From contig NC_043003.1 in NCBI RefSeq assembly GCF_006345805.1, positions 82,770,001 through 82,834,000 on the forward strand: a stretch of DNA of 64,000 nucleotides, written 5' to 3'. Position numbers and translations under genes: made by a program. Below are positions 1-12,281 of the stretch, piece after piece (within the stretch, counting starts at the first letter, position 1; every line of letters starts with the position of its first letter). The notes beneath the pieces are model-generated. The model was given only the letters and a program-made list of their open reading frames with translations. It did no database searches and was not told the DNA's origin. The stretch is from Octopus sinensis (lineage: Eukaryota).

Positions 1-1500
1 CCCAATACATAAAGGGGAAAGTAGAGCAGATGCCAAAAACTATAGGCCTATCTCTCTGACTTCACACATCAGCAAAGTCATGGAACGGATAGTCAGAAAA
101 AAAACTAATCGCATTCCTTGAGGAAAATAACTTGCTGAGTGATACCCAGCATGGTTTTCGACCAGGTAGGAGCTGCCTGACCCAGCTCTTACAGCATTAT
201 GACTGGATGTTGAGGCAGTTACTCAACAAATCAAATGTGGACGTAATCTACCTTGATTTTGCAAAAGTTTTTGACAAGGTGGATCATGGTATGATATGCC
301 AGAAACTGCGTGACCTCGGCATAGTTGGAAAACCTGGAGTGTGGTTACATGACTTCCTGAATGATAGGAGTCAGGTAGTAGTGGTTAATGGATCCACCTC
401 TATGAACACACAAATAGTGAGCGGTGTTCCACAGGGCACTGTCTTGGGACCACTGCTTTTTATAGTGGCCCTCTAAGATATGCCCTCAAATGCCCGGATA
501 GCCACTCTGGCCAGCTATGCAGACGATACGAAAGTCTCGCAGAAAATACAGAACCCCAGCGATGTTGCACACCTGCAGCAGAAGTTGGACTCAATCTACA
601 GATGGGCTGAGGATAATAATATGCAGTTTAATGCTGAAAAATTCCAGGCCCTGCGCTACCAGCATCCAAAACTGAATATTAAACATACAGGATACACCGG
701 TCCACAGGGAATTTAAATCCCAGAGCCTAAGTCTGTGAGGGACCTGGGTATCGACATGAGTGATGATACCTCTTTCCAAATGCACATTACCAAGATGGCG
801 ACAAAGTGCAGACGACTGGCTGGGTGGATCCTAAGAACATTCAGAACCAGAGATGAGGAAACCATGATGGTCCTCTGGCAGACATTCGTCCTCAGCCGCC
901 TGGATTACTGCTCACAGCTATGGTCACCCACCAATGTAAAATTAACAGCTGACCTTGAAGCAATCCAGAGAAGATTCACAAAGAAGATCGTCTCTTTGCA
1001 ACAGCTCAGCTACTGGGAAAGGTTGAAACAGCTAAGACTCTACTCCCTGGAGAGAAAACGGGAGAGATATGCAGTAATATATGTCTGGAAGATCCTGGAA
1101 AAAATTGTGCCAAATTTTGGCATTGTAAGCTACACCAATGCTAGAACGGGACGACACTGCATAGTGCCAAATATCCCAGCAATGTCATCACGCTTCAGGA
1201 CCAGCTTCTGCAACAGCCTGAGTTTCAAGGGCCCACAGCTTTTTAATATTCTCCCAAAGAGTCTGAGGAACTTGCACAAAGTAGATGTAGCGGTTTTTAA
1301 ATCAAAGCTGGACATCTTCCTGTCAAAAGTCCCAGAGGAACCTACCTCACGGCAAGAGGTGCAAATGAGAGTAGCTATATCAAACTCCATTCTTCACTAA
1401 GTGCCACATATTAGACGAGGTTCTTCGCAATAACAGTGCAGCACAAAACGGCGGTGCATCAGCATGGCCGCAGCTCTGAGCTGTAACTAGAAAAAAAAAG
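1..1500 (+). mobile_element. CR1/L2-group LINE, 3' half (RT domain, ORF2 C-terminus, 3' UTR, A-rich tail); inactivated
   Basis: Translations give NYRPISLTS, HGFRPGRSCLTQL, YLDFAKVFDKVDH, GVPQGTVLGPLLF, YADD and SRLDYCSQLWSP. There is an in-frame stop at 474-476 and a frameshift near 716-735. ORF2 ends at 1400 and an A-rich tail starts near 1490. The element runs off the window start. Confidence 0.92.
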
Positions 1501-1598
1501 AATAAAATAAAAAAACAAACAATTAAATTGGAGAAAAATGAATTAAGTAAAATGTTTTGTAAATATTTGCCAAGTCTCTCTGTCTCTCCGTCTCTCTT

Positions 1599-1632
<34 letters not shown>

Positions 1633-1985
1633 TTTTCTATCTCTCTTCCTTTGTGAACGCTTAGTAGGTAGTTAGTACTAAATTTGAAAGAATAGTTTAT
1701 GAGTAGAGAGAATTGATGGTTTAAGCAGGAGCAGCCAAGGAAGAAGAAGTAGCAGTGGTAGTGGTGGTGGTGGTGGTGGTAGTAGTATTTATTTAGATTT
1801 ATATAAATTACAATGTTTTAAATCGGTGCATATTAAATTGAAGTGGGGGCATAACTCAGCCTACATCTTGTCGAGTTACATTTTTATTTTTTAAGAAATT
1901 AACTTGAAAAATTAGCCTGAACATCAGTCGATTTATCTAACTTTATGTCGGTTTCAGCAAATACTTATGAATATCATGAATATAT

Positions 1986-2031
<46 letters not shown>

Positions 2032-3749
2032 TGCCTGAAATCAAACACTGAAATGGAAAAAAAGATCAAATAAAATATATCTGAGAATATATATAAGGCA
2101 TTTATTAAAACAGATATAAGCTGATAAATTCTTAAAATTTTATTTTCGTATTACGTCATGTTTAAGTTATGTCGTATGTCTTGCAACGAATTACCGACCT
2201 AAGTTGAGGTGTGCTTGTATAAATTATGTATATATGTTCATAGGCATGCATATAAATGTCCTTTTTTTTACGTTTGCCAGTTACTTAAACTAACACTTTT
2301 TATTATATTCTCACACACACTTAATACAAAATAGAACAGCTTAGTACATATTCTTTAGTATACACATTGAGAAACTTTAGCCTTTTAACTTATTTTTTGC
2401 TACTACTATTCATTGATAATATTCCATAATATTCTCTAAAAGATCAGAGAACTGAATAACTCTATACACATATGTAGACCTTAATACTGTTCACTATATA
2501 TAAGATCACAGAGAATTCAATAGAATTTTTACATTTTTCTTACTAACCTCTTAGTTTTCCATCAATAATTTACAACATTATATTTTAGAATTTCTAATTT
2601 TCGTTTTTATTTCAAAGCACTATATAACAAAATTCAATTATATAGATCATATCTTATATATTACGTATTTCAAGAACCTTTAATCGAAACCGTTATTTAC
2701 AGTATTATTTCAGCCACTGATTTAATATTCTTTCATACTTTCTAGCATTTTAAAAATTTAACAGCAAAATACTAAAAAATCACGTACATGCAAACATAGA
2801 TAACTACATGGAATTTCTATTCCCTCACAACTACACACTCATACAAACACATACCAAAACACATAAACAAAAGAAAATAAAGAACAACAAGCAATAACTA
2901 CCAAATGCCATATTATAAATTGATTAACAGAGTTCATATATATATATATATATATTAAGAGTGTTAGACCTTTATTGAAAATCAGGTATAAAGAATGTAA
3001 GAACCTAAAATTCAAGAATTATAATAACTATATACATATATCCATATATAGACGAACGCACATATTCACATATACAAACTCATTCCCTCATATACACATA
3101 CTCCTAGATGCATTTATACATATAAACAAAATAACATAAACATAGTATACAAGAACTTATTAACAAATGTGTAAAAAAATTTACAGCTATATGCATATTT
3201 ATTAGAATTATATAGAACATAAAATATATGTTGGTATACTTGCAACCGAAATCTGTATTTGAATATTTATTCAGTTTACTATATTGAGTTACCCCATGTT
3301 TTTTGGTAAACTCATACCAGGAAATAATTTTATAAAGAAAACACTCACGAATGAATGCACACACGCGCATACACACACTCAATCAATGGTGCACTTGTAC
3401 ACACACATAAAAGGCTAAAACCCCAAACTAATAAATCCCAGAATAAAACCAATTTCACATTCCTTAAACTTAATCACTCTCTTCCTAACCTCAAGAAATT
3501 TTACAGAAAACCACGCTAGAGATCCTATATTCAATTAAACATCGCTTACGTTTAACTCCTTTCTTTGCCCATTCAACCTTCCATCACTAACCTTCAAACT
3601 TATTCCTCAAATTATTATCTTTTTTTTATTACAGAACAAACGAACAATAAATAAATAAATCTTTATGATATTTGGTAAACACCCTTGTGTTCCAAATAAA
3701 TCTTCCGATTTTTCTCTGCAAAAGAATATTGTAACTACTTTTCAAATAA

Positions 3750-3796
<47 letters not shown>

Positions 3797-4177
3797 TTCT
3801 TTCTTTCTTTCTTTCCTTCTCTCTTTATATCGTTCACTCAGAAATCTGCCTTTTTCGGACGTTGAGATAAATTGGCTCCGCTAGGTTTAAGATGATCAAG
3901 GTAAGAGATATAAAAATTCAGTGAAGGTCGATCAAAAATTTAGTGATGCTCCCATATGTTTACATCTATGGGGTATGTGTGTATGTGTGTGTGTGTGTAC
4001 GTGTGTATGTATGTATTCTGTGTGTCTGCAGGTGTGTATTTGTCTGAGTATTTCTGCGTGCCCACGTGTATCTGTAAACCACGTTTCCCTGTGTCTGTGC
4101 TTCTTGGTTCTAGCCGTTGGTTTTGCTCATATACAGTTATATATCTGTATATATACATAGACATTGACAGGTAGGGA

Positions 4178-4222
4178 GATAGATAGATAGCTAGCTAGCT
4201 AGCTAGATAGATAGATAGATAA

Positions 4223-4285
<63 letters not shown>
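4178..4285. repeat. (GATA)n microsatellite abutting the 3' end of the Tx1-like LINE
   Basis: Tandem GATA/GCTA units read directly from the sequence. Confidence 0.97.
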
Positions 4286-7200
4286 TGTTTCTTTATTAGC
4301 CACACAGGGCTGCACACAGATAGAACAAATTACAAGGTAGAGCTTTTCTTTTGAAGGTTTAAAAAAAAAAAAAAAAAAAAAAAAAGAAAAAGGGAAGGGG
4401 GAGTTTCGATCAAAAGGGATCGTAAAAGGAGAGAAAGAGGACAAAAAAAGGGGGGGTTAAAAAAAAAAAAAAAAAAAAAAAGGGGGAGAGGAAAAAAAAT
4501 TGATCAATAGGGATCGTTATCACAGAAATGTCAATATGAAGTGTAAAGGGGAGGACAGGTGAGGTTTACCCGTGGAAAGAAAAGCCTACGGAAAAGACCA
4601 CGGTAACCTCGGTCAATGAAGTCACATTTTATATTTCTTCTTTTTTTTTTTTTTTTTTTTTTTGCAAATAAGCAACTCTCTGTTTTCGATTTCTGGGTTC
4701 ATAGGACTATGCTCAAGGTGGCTTCGTCATTCATACGTGCCATTCTTGCTACATTCACCCATCTTTTTTTAAAACATTCGCTAGACAAAACTTGCCTCTC
4801 TACTCTCACTTTCCTTTTCAAGTGGTACTTGAAGAAGTTGATGAGAGATTGACCAGAGAGGAAAGTGTTTGTCTCCAATCCTTTCAGACGCGTCCACCAG
4901 ATACATTCTTTCGCCATAGCCACAAGGATGATGAAAATAGCTCTTCCTTCCCGTTTGAAGGAAGGAGGCGTGACAATATTGACGATAGACTCAGCTGATA
5001 AACCGACTCGTCCCACACGTGACAGCAGTTGTTCGACATAAGCCCACAGGTCGGAAATTGTTGGACACTGAACGAGTGCGTGCAGAACGGTTTCGTCGCT
5101 CTGACCGCATCTCGGGCAGGTCGGCCCCGTGTTTCTCGAGCCGTGTCTGTAGAGCTTATCCCGAACGGGTAGCGCTTCTCGGTAGCACTGCCAGGCCAGG
5201 GATCTCTGGAAGTTGTCCATGGGCCCTGGCCCGAAAGTCGTCCCGAACAGGCGGGTCAGGTACTCCTCGTCGACGTCCAGGTTCACCCCGAGCTCGTCGT
5301 CGTACCTCCCCTCCACTAAACCCCTATAGAATGCTTTGGTTGTGTTGAAGTCACTTAAGGTCGACCCAGGACGGCAGAGTTGCTTGAGAGCAACGCGACA
5401 CTCGCGGTGCCATTCGCCCTTCCTCGGCCTCTTTTTGATCCACGACTGCAGTTCGGTCATGGAGACGAGCTGCGGGAAAGCGTGCCTCACAAACGGCGAC
5501 CACACCTGTTCACCGTCGTCTACATAGAGCCAGAGATGTCGCAGTCTCAGCGCGTGTCTGCGCATCATCAACCACGGCATGCCCAGCCCTCCTTTTAACG
5601 GGTGTTGACAGCAAATGGATCGCCTGACCATCGGGACGCATCCTTTCCACAAGAAGCGAAAGAGGATGCGTTGTAGTTTGGTGATGGTAGGGTCGGGACA
5701 AGGTACGACGGTCAGGCGGTAGTAGATGACGGACGCGATGTACGTGTTCGCCACCTCCGCTCGACCTTTTAGGGACAGTTTCCTCTCGGCCCATTGCCGG
5801 GCGAGAGTGACCACCCTACTCGTTATCTCGTTCCAGTTCTTCTCCACTTGGAGGTCCGGACCGAACCAGACCCCGAGCAACTCAACCGGGCCGTCGGTCC
5901 AGCGTCCCACGACGGAGGCGCTGGTGGACGGCATGGGCTTGCTTCTCCAGGTGCCTAGTCGCAAGCCCACTGACTTTTCCCGGTTGATTTTCGCTCCTGT
6001 CACCGCTTCGTAGTTTTTCAGTGTCTCGCCGACCAGCTCGATGTGCTCGTGGCTAGACACTATGACGGTGACGTCGTCCGCGTATGCAGACACGCTCGTC
6101 CCGCATCCCAATTCTCGCGGGATGCCCCTTAGAGTCGCCAGCTTCCGCAGTAGTGGCTCAAGAGTCAATACGTATAGAAGCGCCGAGAGGGGGCATCCCT
6201 GACGGACCGAACGTGCAATGTCGAAAGGTCTTGATAGATGTCCATTTACGCGAATTACCGAACGGATGCCTCTGTACAAGGCAGCTATCCAGCCGCGGAA
6301 GACGGGACCGAAACCAGCCGCTCTCAGGACTGCCTCCAAGTATCGATGGTCTACCCTATCAAAGGCTTTCGATTGATCCAAGTTGATCAGGGCCCCACCC
6401 ATGCCAGGTTCGTTAACTACCCTGTCTATGATGTAGCGCATCAGATGGAGGTTGTCATGGATGGTCCGGCCTGGCACGGCGCATGTTTGCGCCCTGTCGA
6501 CCAGTTTCTCGATGACAAGCGCCAACCTCTTGGCTAGCACCTTGGCCAAAATTTTCAAGTCTGCATTAAGCAGAGTGATGGGCCTAAAGTTATCTATTAC
6601 ATTTCCCTTGTTTAGATCTTTCTTCAGCAGTGTTACGGCTCCTCGGCTCACAAAACCAGGAATGCTCCCGTTTTGCTGCCAGTTGCAGTACACCGCCGCC
6701 AAGAGATCTCCAAACAAGTCTGGCATACAATTGTAAAGCTCGTAGGGTAGACCATCCAAACCCGGTGATTTGTCCCTCGAGCATTCTGCCATCGCTTCCC
6801 GCACTTCCGCCGCCGTGATGGCACCTTCGCAGCACCCTGCCTTTCTTGTCGAGAGTCGTGGTAGGCTATGTAGGTAGGCACTGAAGTCCACCCTACGTTC
6901 TTGCCCTCCACTCGTTCCGAACAGTCGGGCAAAATGCTGCTGAAAGGCCTCACACATTTTACTTGGCTCGAGCAATTCGCGCCCCTGTTCATCTACCAGT
7001 GACCGAATGGTGGCTTTGTTGCCCTGTTGCGCCTCTGCCACCCGGGCCTCTCTCGCGGCTCCAACACCTTCGTTCCTTAGAGCACGCATCCTAGCTCTGA
7101 CAGCACATCCTTCGTGTTTGGCGTTGAAGTGTTGGTCGAGGGCCAACCCCGCCGCCAAAACGTCGGATGCGATTCCGCTTCTAATTGCCTCTTCTAGCTT

Positions 7201-8137
7201 CTTAACTAGCTCACCCTCTACTCTATTTCTATCTATGGCTAGTGCTTTGCTGTACCTAATCGCTTCTGCTTTTACTGCTCTCTTGAGGGCAAACCACCAT
7301 TTGTTGTTGATGATGGCTCCCGTCAAAGCCCTCTTTACTAGTGTGCTAATCCGGTCTCTGAAAACTTGTCTCGATGGGAAAGACGCGTTTAGTTTCCAGT
7401 ATCCGGGACCCTGCCTAAGTGTCTTACCTAAGTCTAGCGTACATGTCACAAGTTTGTGATCCGTGTAGCTGACTATGTGGAATTGTGGACATCCTATGCT
7501 ATCTCTATCTACTGTCCTACACAGTATCCTATCTAGATACGATCTCGACGACCCGATGCGGTTGCTCCATGTCCACGTTGGCGCATTCGGGTGGTCTAGT
7601 CGGAACCTGTCAGACAGTTGAAAGCGTCTGAGCAGGTCTCTGAGGCATTTGCATCCCCGTCTATTCCTATCTCTACCCACGTAGTCTACATGCGTGTCCA
7701 AGGTAGCATTCCAATCCCCCACTAAGAGTAAAGGACGAGACGTTCCCAAGAAAACTTCTAGACGTTGAAAGAAATCTGCCCGACCTGTTAAGGGCGGTGC
7801 GTAAACTGATACGAGTCGAAAAGCGCACCCATTGCTGCCGTCGACATCCAGGACGACCAGTCTACCCTCCGGGTCTACGAATATTGTCCTTACATTGAGA
7901 TCCAGACTCTTGTGAAAAAGTACCGCGGTGCCACTACCGCCCATTCTCGGCAGACAGGGGGAAAAATAAATGTTGAACTGTCCGCCAAACATGGTCTTTA
8001 GGGCCCGCGGATTGTGGAGTCTGGTCTCGCTTATGGCTATGATTTCTAACTTATGTGACTTTATGTCATTTAAGAGGTACCCTTGTTTCCAAGGGGACCC
8101 CAAGCCACGCGCATTTACACAACCAATCTTGATCATA
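4286..8137 (-). mobile_element. L1/Tx1-clade non-LTR retrotransposon (ORF2 plus 3' UTR, no ORF1) between (GATA)n tracts
   Basis: Intact ORF2 and a ~410-nt 3' UTR ending AATAAA-GAAACATA-(TCTA)n (AATAAA at 4292-4297, minus). The 5' end abuts (TCTA)n. Clearly more GC-rich than the flanks. Confidence 0.92.
4699..8136 (-). CDS. ORF2p, 1145 aa: APE endonuclease, reverse transcriptase, C-terminal Cys/His zinc knuckle
   Basis: APE motifs: CVNARGL, IIAISET, YAPP, LVGDWNA, YLDRIL, YTDH. RT motifs: [48 protein letters not shown]. Knuckle: [18 protein letters not shown]. No internal stops. Confidence 0.95.
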   Translation of the reverse strand: MIKIGCVNARGLGSPWKQGYLLNDIKSHKLEIIAISETRLHNPRALKTMFGGQFNIYFSPCLPRMGGSGTAVLFHKSLDLNVRTIFVDPEGRLVVLDVDGSNGCAFRLVSVYAPPLTGRADFFQRLEVFLGTSRPLLLVGDWNATLDTHVDYVGRDRNRRGCKCLRDLLRRFQLSDRFRLDHPNAPTWTWSNRIGSSRSYLDRILCRTVDRDSIGCPQFHIVSYTDHKLVTCTLDLGKTLRQGPGYWKLNASFPSRQVFRDRISTLVKRALTGAIINNKWWFALKRAVKAEAIRYSKALAIDRNRVEGELVKKLEEAIRSGIASDVLAAGLALDQHFNAKHEGCAVRARMRALRNEGVGAAREARVAEAQQGNKATIRSLVDEQGRELLEPSKMCEAFQQHFARLFGTSGGQERRVDFSAYLHSLPRLSTRKAGCCEGAITAAEVREAMAECSRDKSPGLDGLPYELYNCMPDLFGDLLAAVYCNWQQNGSIPGFVSRGAVTLLKKDLNKGNVIDNFRPITLLNADLKILAKVLAKRLALVIEKLVDRAQTCAVPGRTIHDNLHLMRYIIDRVVNEPGMGGALINLDQSKAFDRVDHRYLEAVLRAAGFGPVFRGWIAALYRGIRSVIRVNGHLSRPFDIARSVRQGCPLSALLYVLTLEPLLRKLATLRGIPRELGCGTSVSAYADDVTVIVSSHEHIELVGETLKNYEAVTGAKINREKSVGLRLGTWRSKPMPSTSASVVGRWTDGPVELLGVWFGPDLQVEKNWNEITSRVVTLARQWAERKLSLKGRAEVANTYIASVIYYRLTVVPCPDPTITKLQRILFRFLWKGCVPMVRRSICCQHPLKGGLGMPWLMMRRHALRLRHLWLYVDDGEQVWSPFVRHAFPQLVSMTELQSWIKKRPRKGEWHRECRVALKQLCRPGSTLSDFNTTKAFYRGLVEGRYDDELGVNLDVDEEYLTRLFGTTFGPGPMDNFQRSLAWQCYREALPVRDKLYRHGSRNTGPTCPRCGQSDETVLHALVQCPTISDLWAYVEQLLSRVGRVGLSAESIVNIVTPPSFKREGRAIFIILVAMAKECIWWTRLKGLETNTFLSGQSLINFFKYHLKRKVRVERQVLSSECFKKRWVNVARMARMNDEATLSIVL

Positions 8138-8553
<416 letters not shown>

Positions 8554-9414
8554 ATGTGAATGCGTGTGGGGGCGCGCTCACGTGTGTGCATGCATACATA
8601 TTTTAATTGTTTTTCTTTCATTACCTCGTACAGTTTTGCGTCTGGCCGCGTGCACATATGAATGGGTAGAATACACTATTGCCCCCGTCACAGTGTTGTT
8701 GCACACGTATAAGATTTATTTATCTTTAAATGGTATTATTGGTCGAATTGTTCCCCGTTATAGTTCGACAGAAAGATTCATGACGGAACAGTCATGCATA
8801 GACGTTTGAGCCGTTTCCGACCACTTTAATTTAAATCGCTTCCAGAATGTTCCTTCCTTAGCATATACCATGTCGGCCATAAATGCCCCTAGCGCTTTCA
8901 AGTTAATTTTCTCTATCACATTCTCTAACATAGATTTTCCTCTTGACATTCTTGTCTATAATATATGTCATATTTCTAGAATATATAATACATCTTCCAA
9001 GGTAATAATTTCGTTTCTTTTCAATCTTTTTTCTTTCTTCTTTCATGATCATATTTTCCCGGAGGCGCTAGATTTCCATAAAATGTTATCTCTGTTACTA
9101 GAATGAGGCCAGGTGTTATGAATTACAACTTTCCTCCAATATGTCTCTGTTTTACGATATTACAGTATTTAGAAGCTTTTAATATTTAAAAGTAATCTTA
9201 AATGTAGTTTACATAATATTTGATTACCCGCTCTTTCAACAATTTTCAACGTGTGCAAATTCTAAACGCTAAAGGTAGAGTCTCTAATTGCTCTCTCACT
9301 TTCTTTCAAGTTAAGATGTTATGTATTAAAGCGTTTGTCTATGTATGTATGTATGTATGTATGTATGTATGTATGTATGTATGTATGTATGTATGTATGT
9401 ATGTATGTATGTAT

Positions 9415-9840
9415 GTCAGGTCACTTTCGAGTGCTACTGGTAACATGTAACCCAGTACAACCTGTTGCATGGTCGGATCGTCGGCGACTAAACCGGCAAC
9501 CCCACCAAGCTTGCTTGGTGAGGAGGGTGTTTATTGGACACCCTGCGTGATGAAAAACAAAACCCGTCAAAGGGCAGATGAACGCTTGAGAGTCAACGGC
9601 TATTCAATAAATTTCTTAAGGCTATATCATGCGCGGGGACATAGAAATAATCGGACTGAATACCCGATCGCGCGGTTAAACCATTGGGAGTGAAGGTCTC
9701 CTAGCCTTTGTTAGGGCATCCTTCTAGGAGACGGTAACTCAGGTAACTGGGATAACTCCAACATAAAACTCCGGCTCAGTGGTTACCGATGATGTTGACT
9801 TGTTCTTCTTTTCGGATTATGGCTACTGTTGCTTAGTGAG
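9415..9840 (+). mobile_element. Probable 5' UTR fragment of an RTE-clade LINE
   Basis: GC-richer island after (TATG)n. The motif TAGGGCATCCTTCTAGGAGACGGTAACTC resembles RTE 5' UTR motifs from memory. Perfect 9-bp inverted repeat at 9696-9704/9724-9732. Confidence 0.45.
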
Positions 9841-9976
9841 TGGGATTGACTCAGTGCACAGCCTTTCCTCACTTTAAAAAAATATTCTTGCACAGGCATT
9901 GCACGATAACAACATTGATTAAGCTTCGTGCAATGGCCATACTCGATAACGAGAGGCAGCCACCATGTATGTATGC

Positions 9977-10043
<67 letters not shown>

Positions 10044-10056
10044 TCTGTTATTCTTT

Positions 10057-10273
10057 AACTTATTTCAGTCATTTGCCTATGGCAATGCTTGATCACTCCC
10101 TTAAATGGCTTTAGTCGAAGGAATCGATCCCAGGACCTATTCTCTGTAAGCCTAGTACTTATTCTGTCGGTCTCTATAACGGGGACAGAAACATACCAGC
10201 CTCGGTTTTCAAGCAATGTTGAGAGGACAACCGCAGACACAAAGACACACACACATAAATAAATAAATAAATA

Positions 10274-10315
<42 letters not shown>

Positions 10316-10470
10316 GGCTGGCTTTTCTCCGTTTCCGTCTGCCAACTCTACTCACAAGGACTTGATTGGCCCGACGGTATAGTAGATGACACTTGATCTA
10401 GATGCCGCGCAGTTGGACTGAACCCAAAATCATGAGGTTGTGAAGGAATCTTCTTACCACATAGCCACGC
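10057..10470 (-). mobile_element. tRNA-derived SINE, family A (CORE-like, octopus OK/OR-like), degraded
   Basis: Aligns by eye to the cleaner copies at 10667-11069 and 39960-40422; central (TA)n. Confidence 0.8.
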
Positions 10471-10522
10471 TTGTATGCATGCATATGAATATACATACAG
10501 ACGCACGCGTAGCTACAGGCTC

Positions 10523-11345
10523 AGGAGTAGCTGTGTGGTAAAAATATTGCTCAGGGTTCAAACCAACTGCGTGATACCCTTGGCATGTGTTTACTACTAA
10601 AACTTCGGGCCGATAAAAGCCTTGTGAGTGGATTTGGTTGACGGAAACCGTAATCCTATCGCATATATCTCTTTTTACTCTTTTTACTTGTTTCAGTCAT
10701 TTGACTGCGGCCATGCTGGAGCACCGCCTTTAGTCGAGCAAATCGACCCCGGGACTTATTCTTTGTAAGCCCAGTACTTATTCTATCGGTCTCTTTTGCC
10801 GAACCGCTATGTGACGGGGACGTAAACACACCAGCATCGGTTGTCAAGCAATGCTAGGGGGACAAACATAGACACACAAACACACACACACATATATACA
10901 TACATATATACGACAGGCTTCTTTCAGTTTCCGTCTACCAAATCCACTCACAAGGCATTGGTCGACCCGGGACTATAGCAGAAGACACTTGCCCAAGATG
11001 CCACGCAGTGGGACTGAACCCGGAACCATGTGGTTGGTTAGCAAGCTACTTACCACACAGCCACTGCTGCGCATATGTGTGTATTTGTTTGTGAGTGTGT
11101 CTGCGTGTATGCGTGTGCATGTGCGTTCGCACGCGTGCGTGTTTGTCCCCACCACCAATGCTTGACGACTGGTGCTGGTGTGTTTACGTCCCCGTAACTT
11201 AGTGGTTCGGTAAAAAGAATACGTTAGCATATGTGCCAGTCTTAAAAATAGATAACTATTGGCATTGTTACATTCAACTAGAAATTCTTCAAGGCAGGTT
11301 CCCCGTTATGGTCACAGTCAACTAACAGAAGCAAGAAATAGACCA
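10523..11345 (+). mobile_element. SINE family A, older copy split by a nested antisense copy (halves 10523-10659 and 11077-11345)
   Basis: Head and body before 10660, tail half after 11077; CGCATAT duplicated at 10660-10666 and 11070-11076. Confidence 0.75.
10667..11069 (-). mobile_element. SINE family A, full-length young copy
   Basis: tRNA-like head (GTGGCTGTGTGGTAAG...GGTTCAGTCCC), body CTTGGGCAAGTGTC, tail GGCGGTGCTCCAGCATGGCCGCAGTCAAATGACTGAAAC; 7-bp TSD. Confidence 0.9.
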
Positions 11346-11371
11346 AAAATTTACATATGCGTACACACTTA

Positions 11372-11373
<2 letters not shown>

Positions 11374-11419
<46 letters not shown>

Positions 11420-11455
11420 ATATGTGTGTACTTGTGTGTGTGAGTGTATGTGTCC

Positions 11456-11496
<41 letters not shown>

Positions 11497-11538
11497 CATA
11501 TACATATAAATATGCATATATATATATATATACATATA

Positions 11539-11570
<32 letters not shown>

Positions 11571-11577
11571 CATGCAA

Positions 11578-11643
<66 letters not shown>

Positions 11644-11675
11644 TACATACATACATACATACCATACATATATGT
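11374..11675. repeat. (TA)n-rich compound microsatellite
   Basis: Tandem TA with GA, TG and CATA interruptions. The local ORFs are repeat artefacts. Confidence 0.95.
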
Positions 11676-12281
11676 ATTTAAAAGTTCACAATTTCAAATT
11701 CAGCCCCATCTGTGAACTGAATTTTCCACTGCGTTATTGATTTTTGTTTTATCCTAATGCTTTGTGCTACACATTAACCCACTTCATTGATCTACAAACA
11801 GGTTCTTTTCGCATTAGATTTAAAGATATCAAAGTGACCTAAACTATTTTATAAACATGTAAATATATTAGTATATTAAGCTCTACATCTTGAACTATTG
11901 ACTAGTTTATTAAATTATTAAATTCTTTTGTTCCTGCAACCAACAGTCTTCATGATCTGCTTTGAATCTGTCTGAGTACTTACGCGTATGTATGTTCCTT
12001 ATTACTGTTTTCCTGTAAAATATCAGCCTCTTATGTGAGTATCCAACTACTAGGTCCCTTCCAGTTGCTTCCCATTATGCAGATTGCCTACAGCTATGGT
12101 AAAATTTCCGAGTCAATTGCGTACGTTTTACTGTTGATGCTGATACCATATTCGTTTTTCACTGCATTTATCCACCATACATTGAATCTGCCGTTCGCTT
12201 TTCGTTTCAGATTTTCAATCAGAGGGATTCAAGATCTTTTGGGGAAGAGATTTTCTTAACGGTGAAATTTCACTTCCTCAA

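Noticed and set aside
4792-7459. Many 60-150 aa ORFs overlapping the Tx1-like ORF2
   Set aside because: Expected shadow ORFs of a GC-rich coding sequence; no recognisable motifs.
8758-9100. Minus-strand ORF MSRGKSMLENVIEK... as a host exon
   Set aside because: Upstream frames are broken by stops, the splice signals are unconvincing and no family is recognised.
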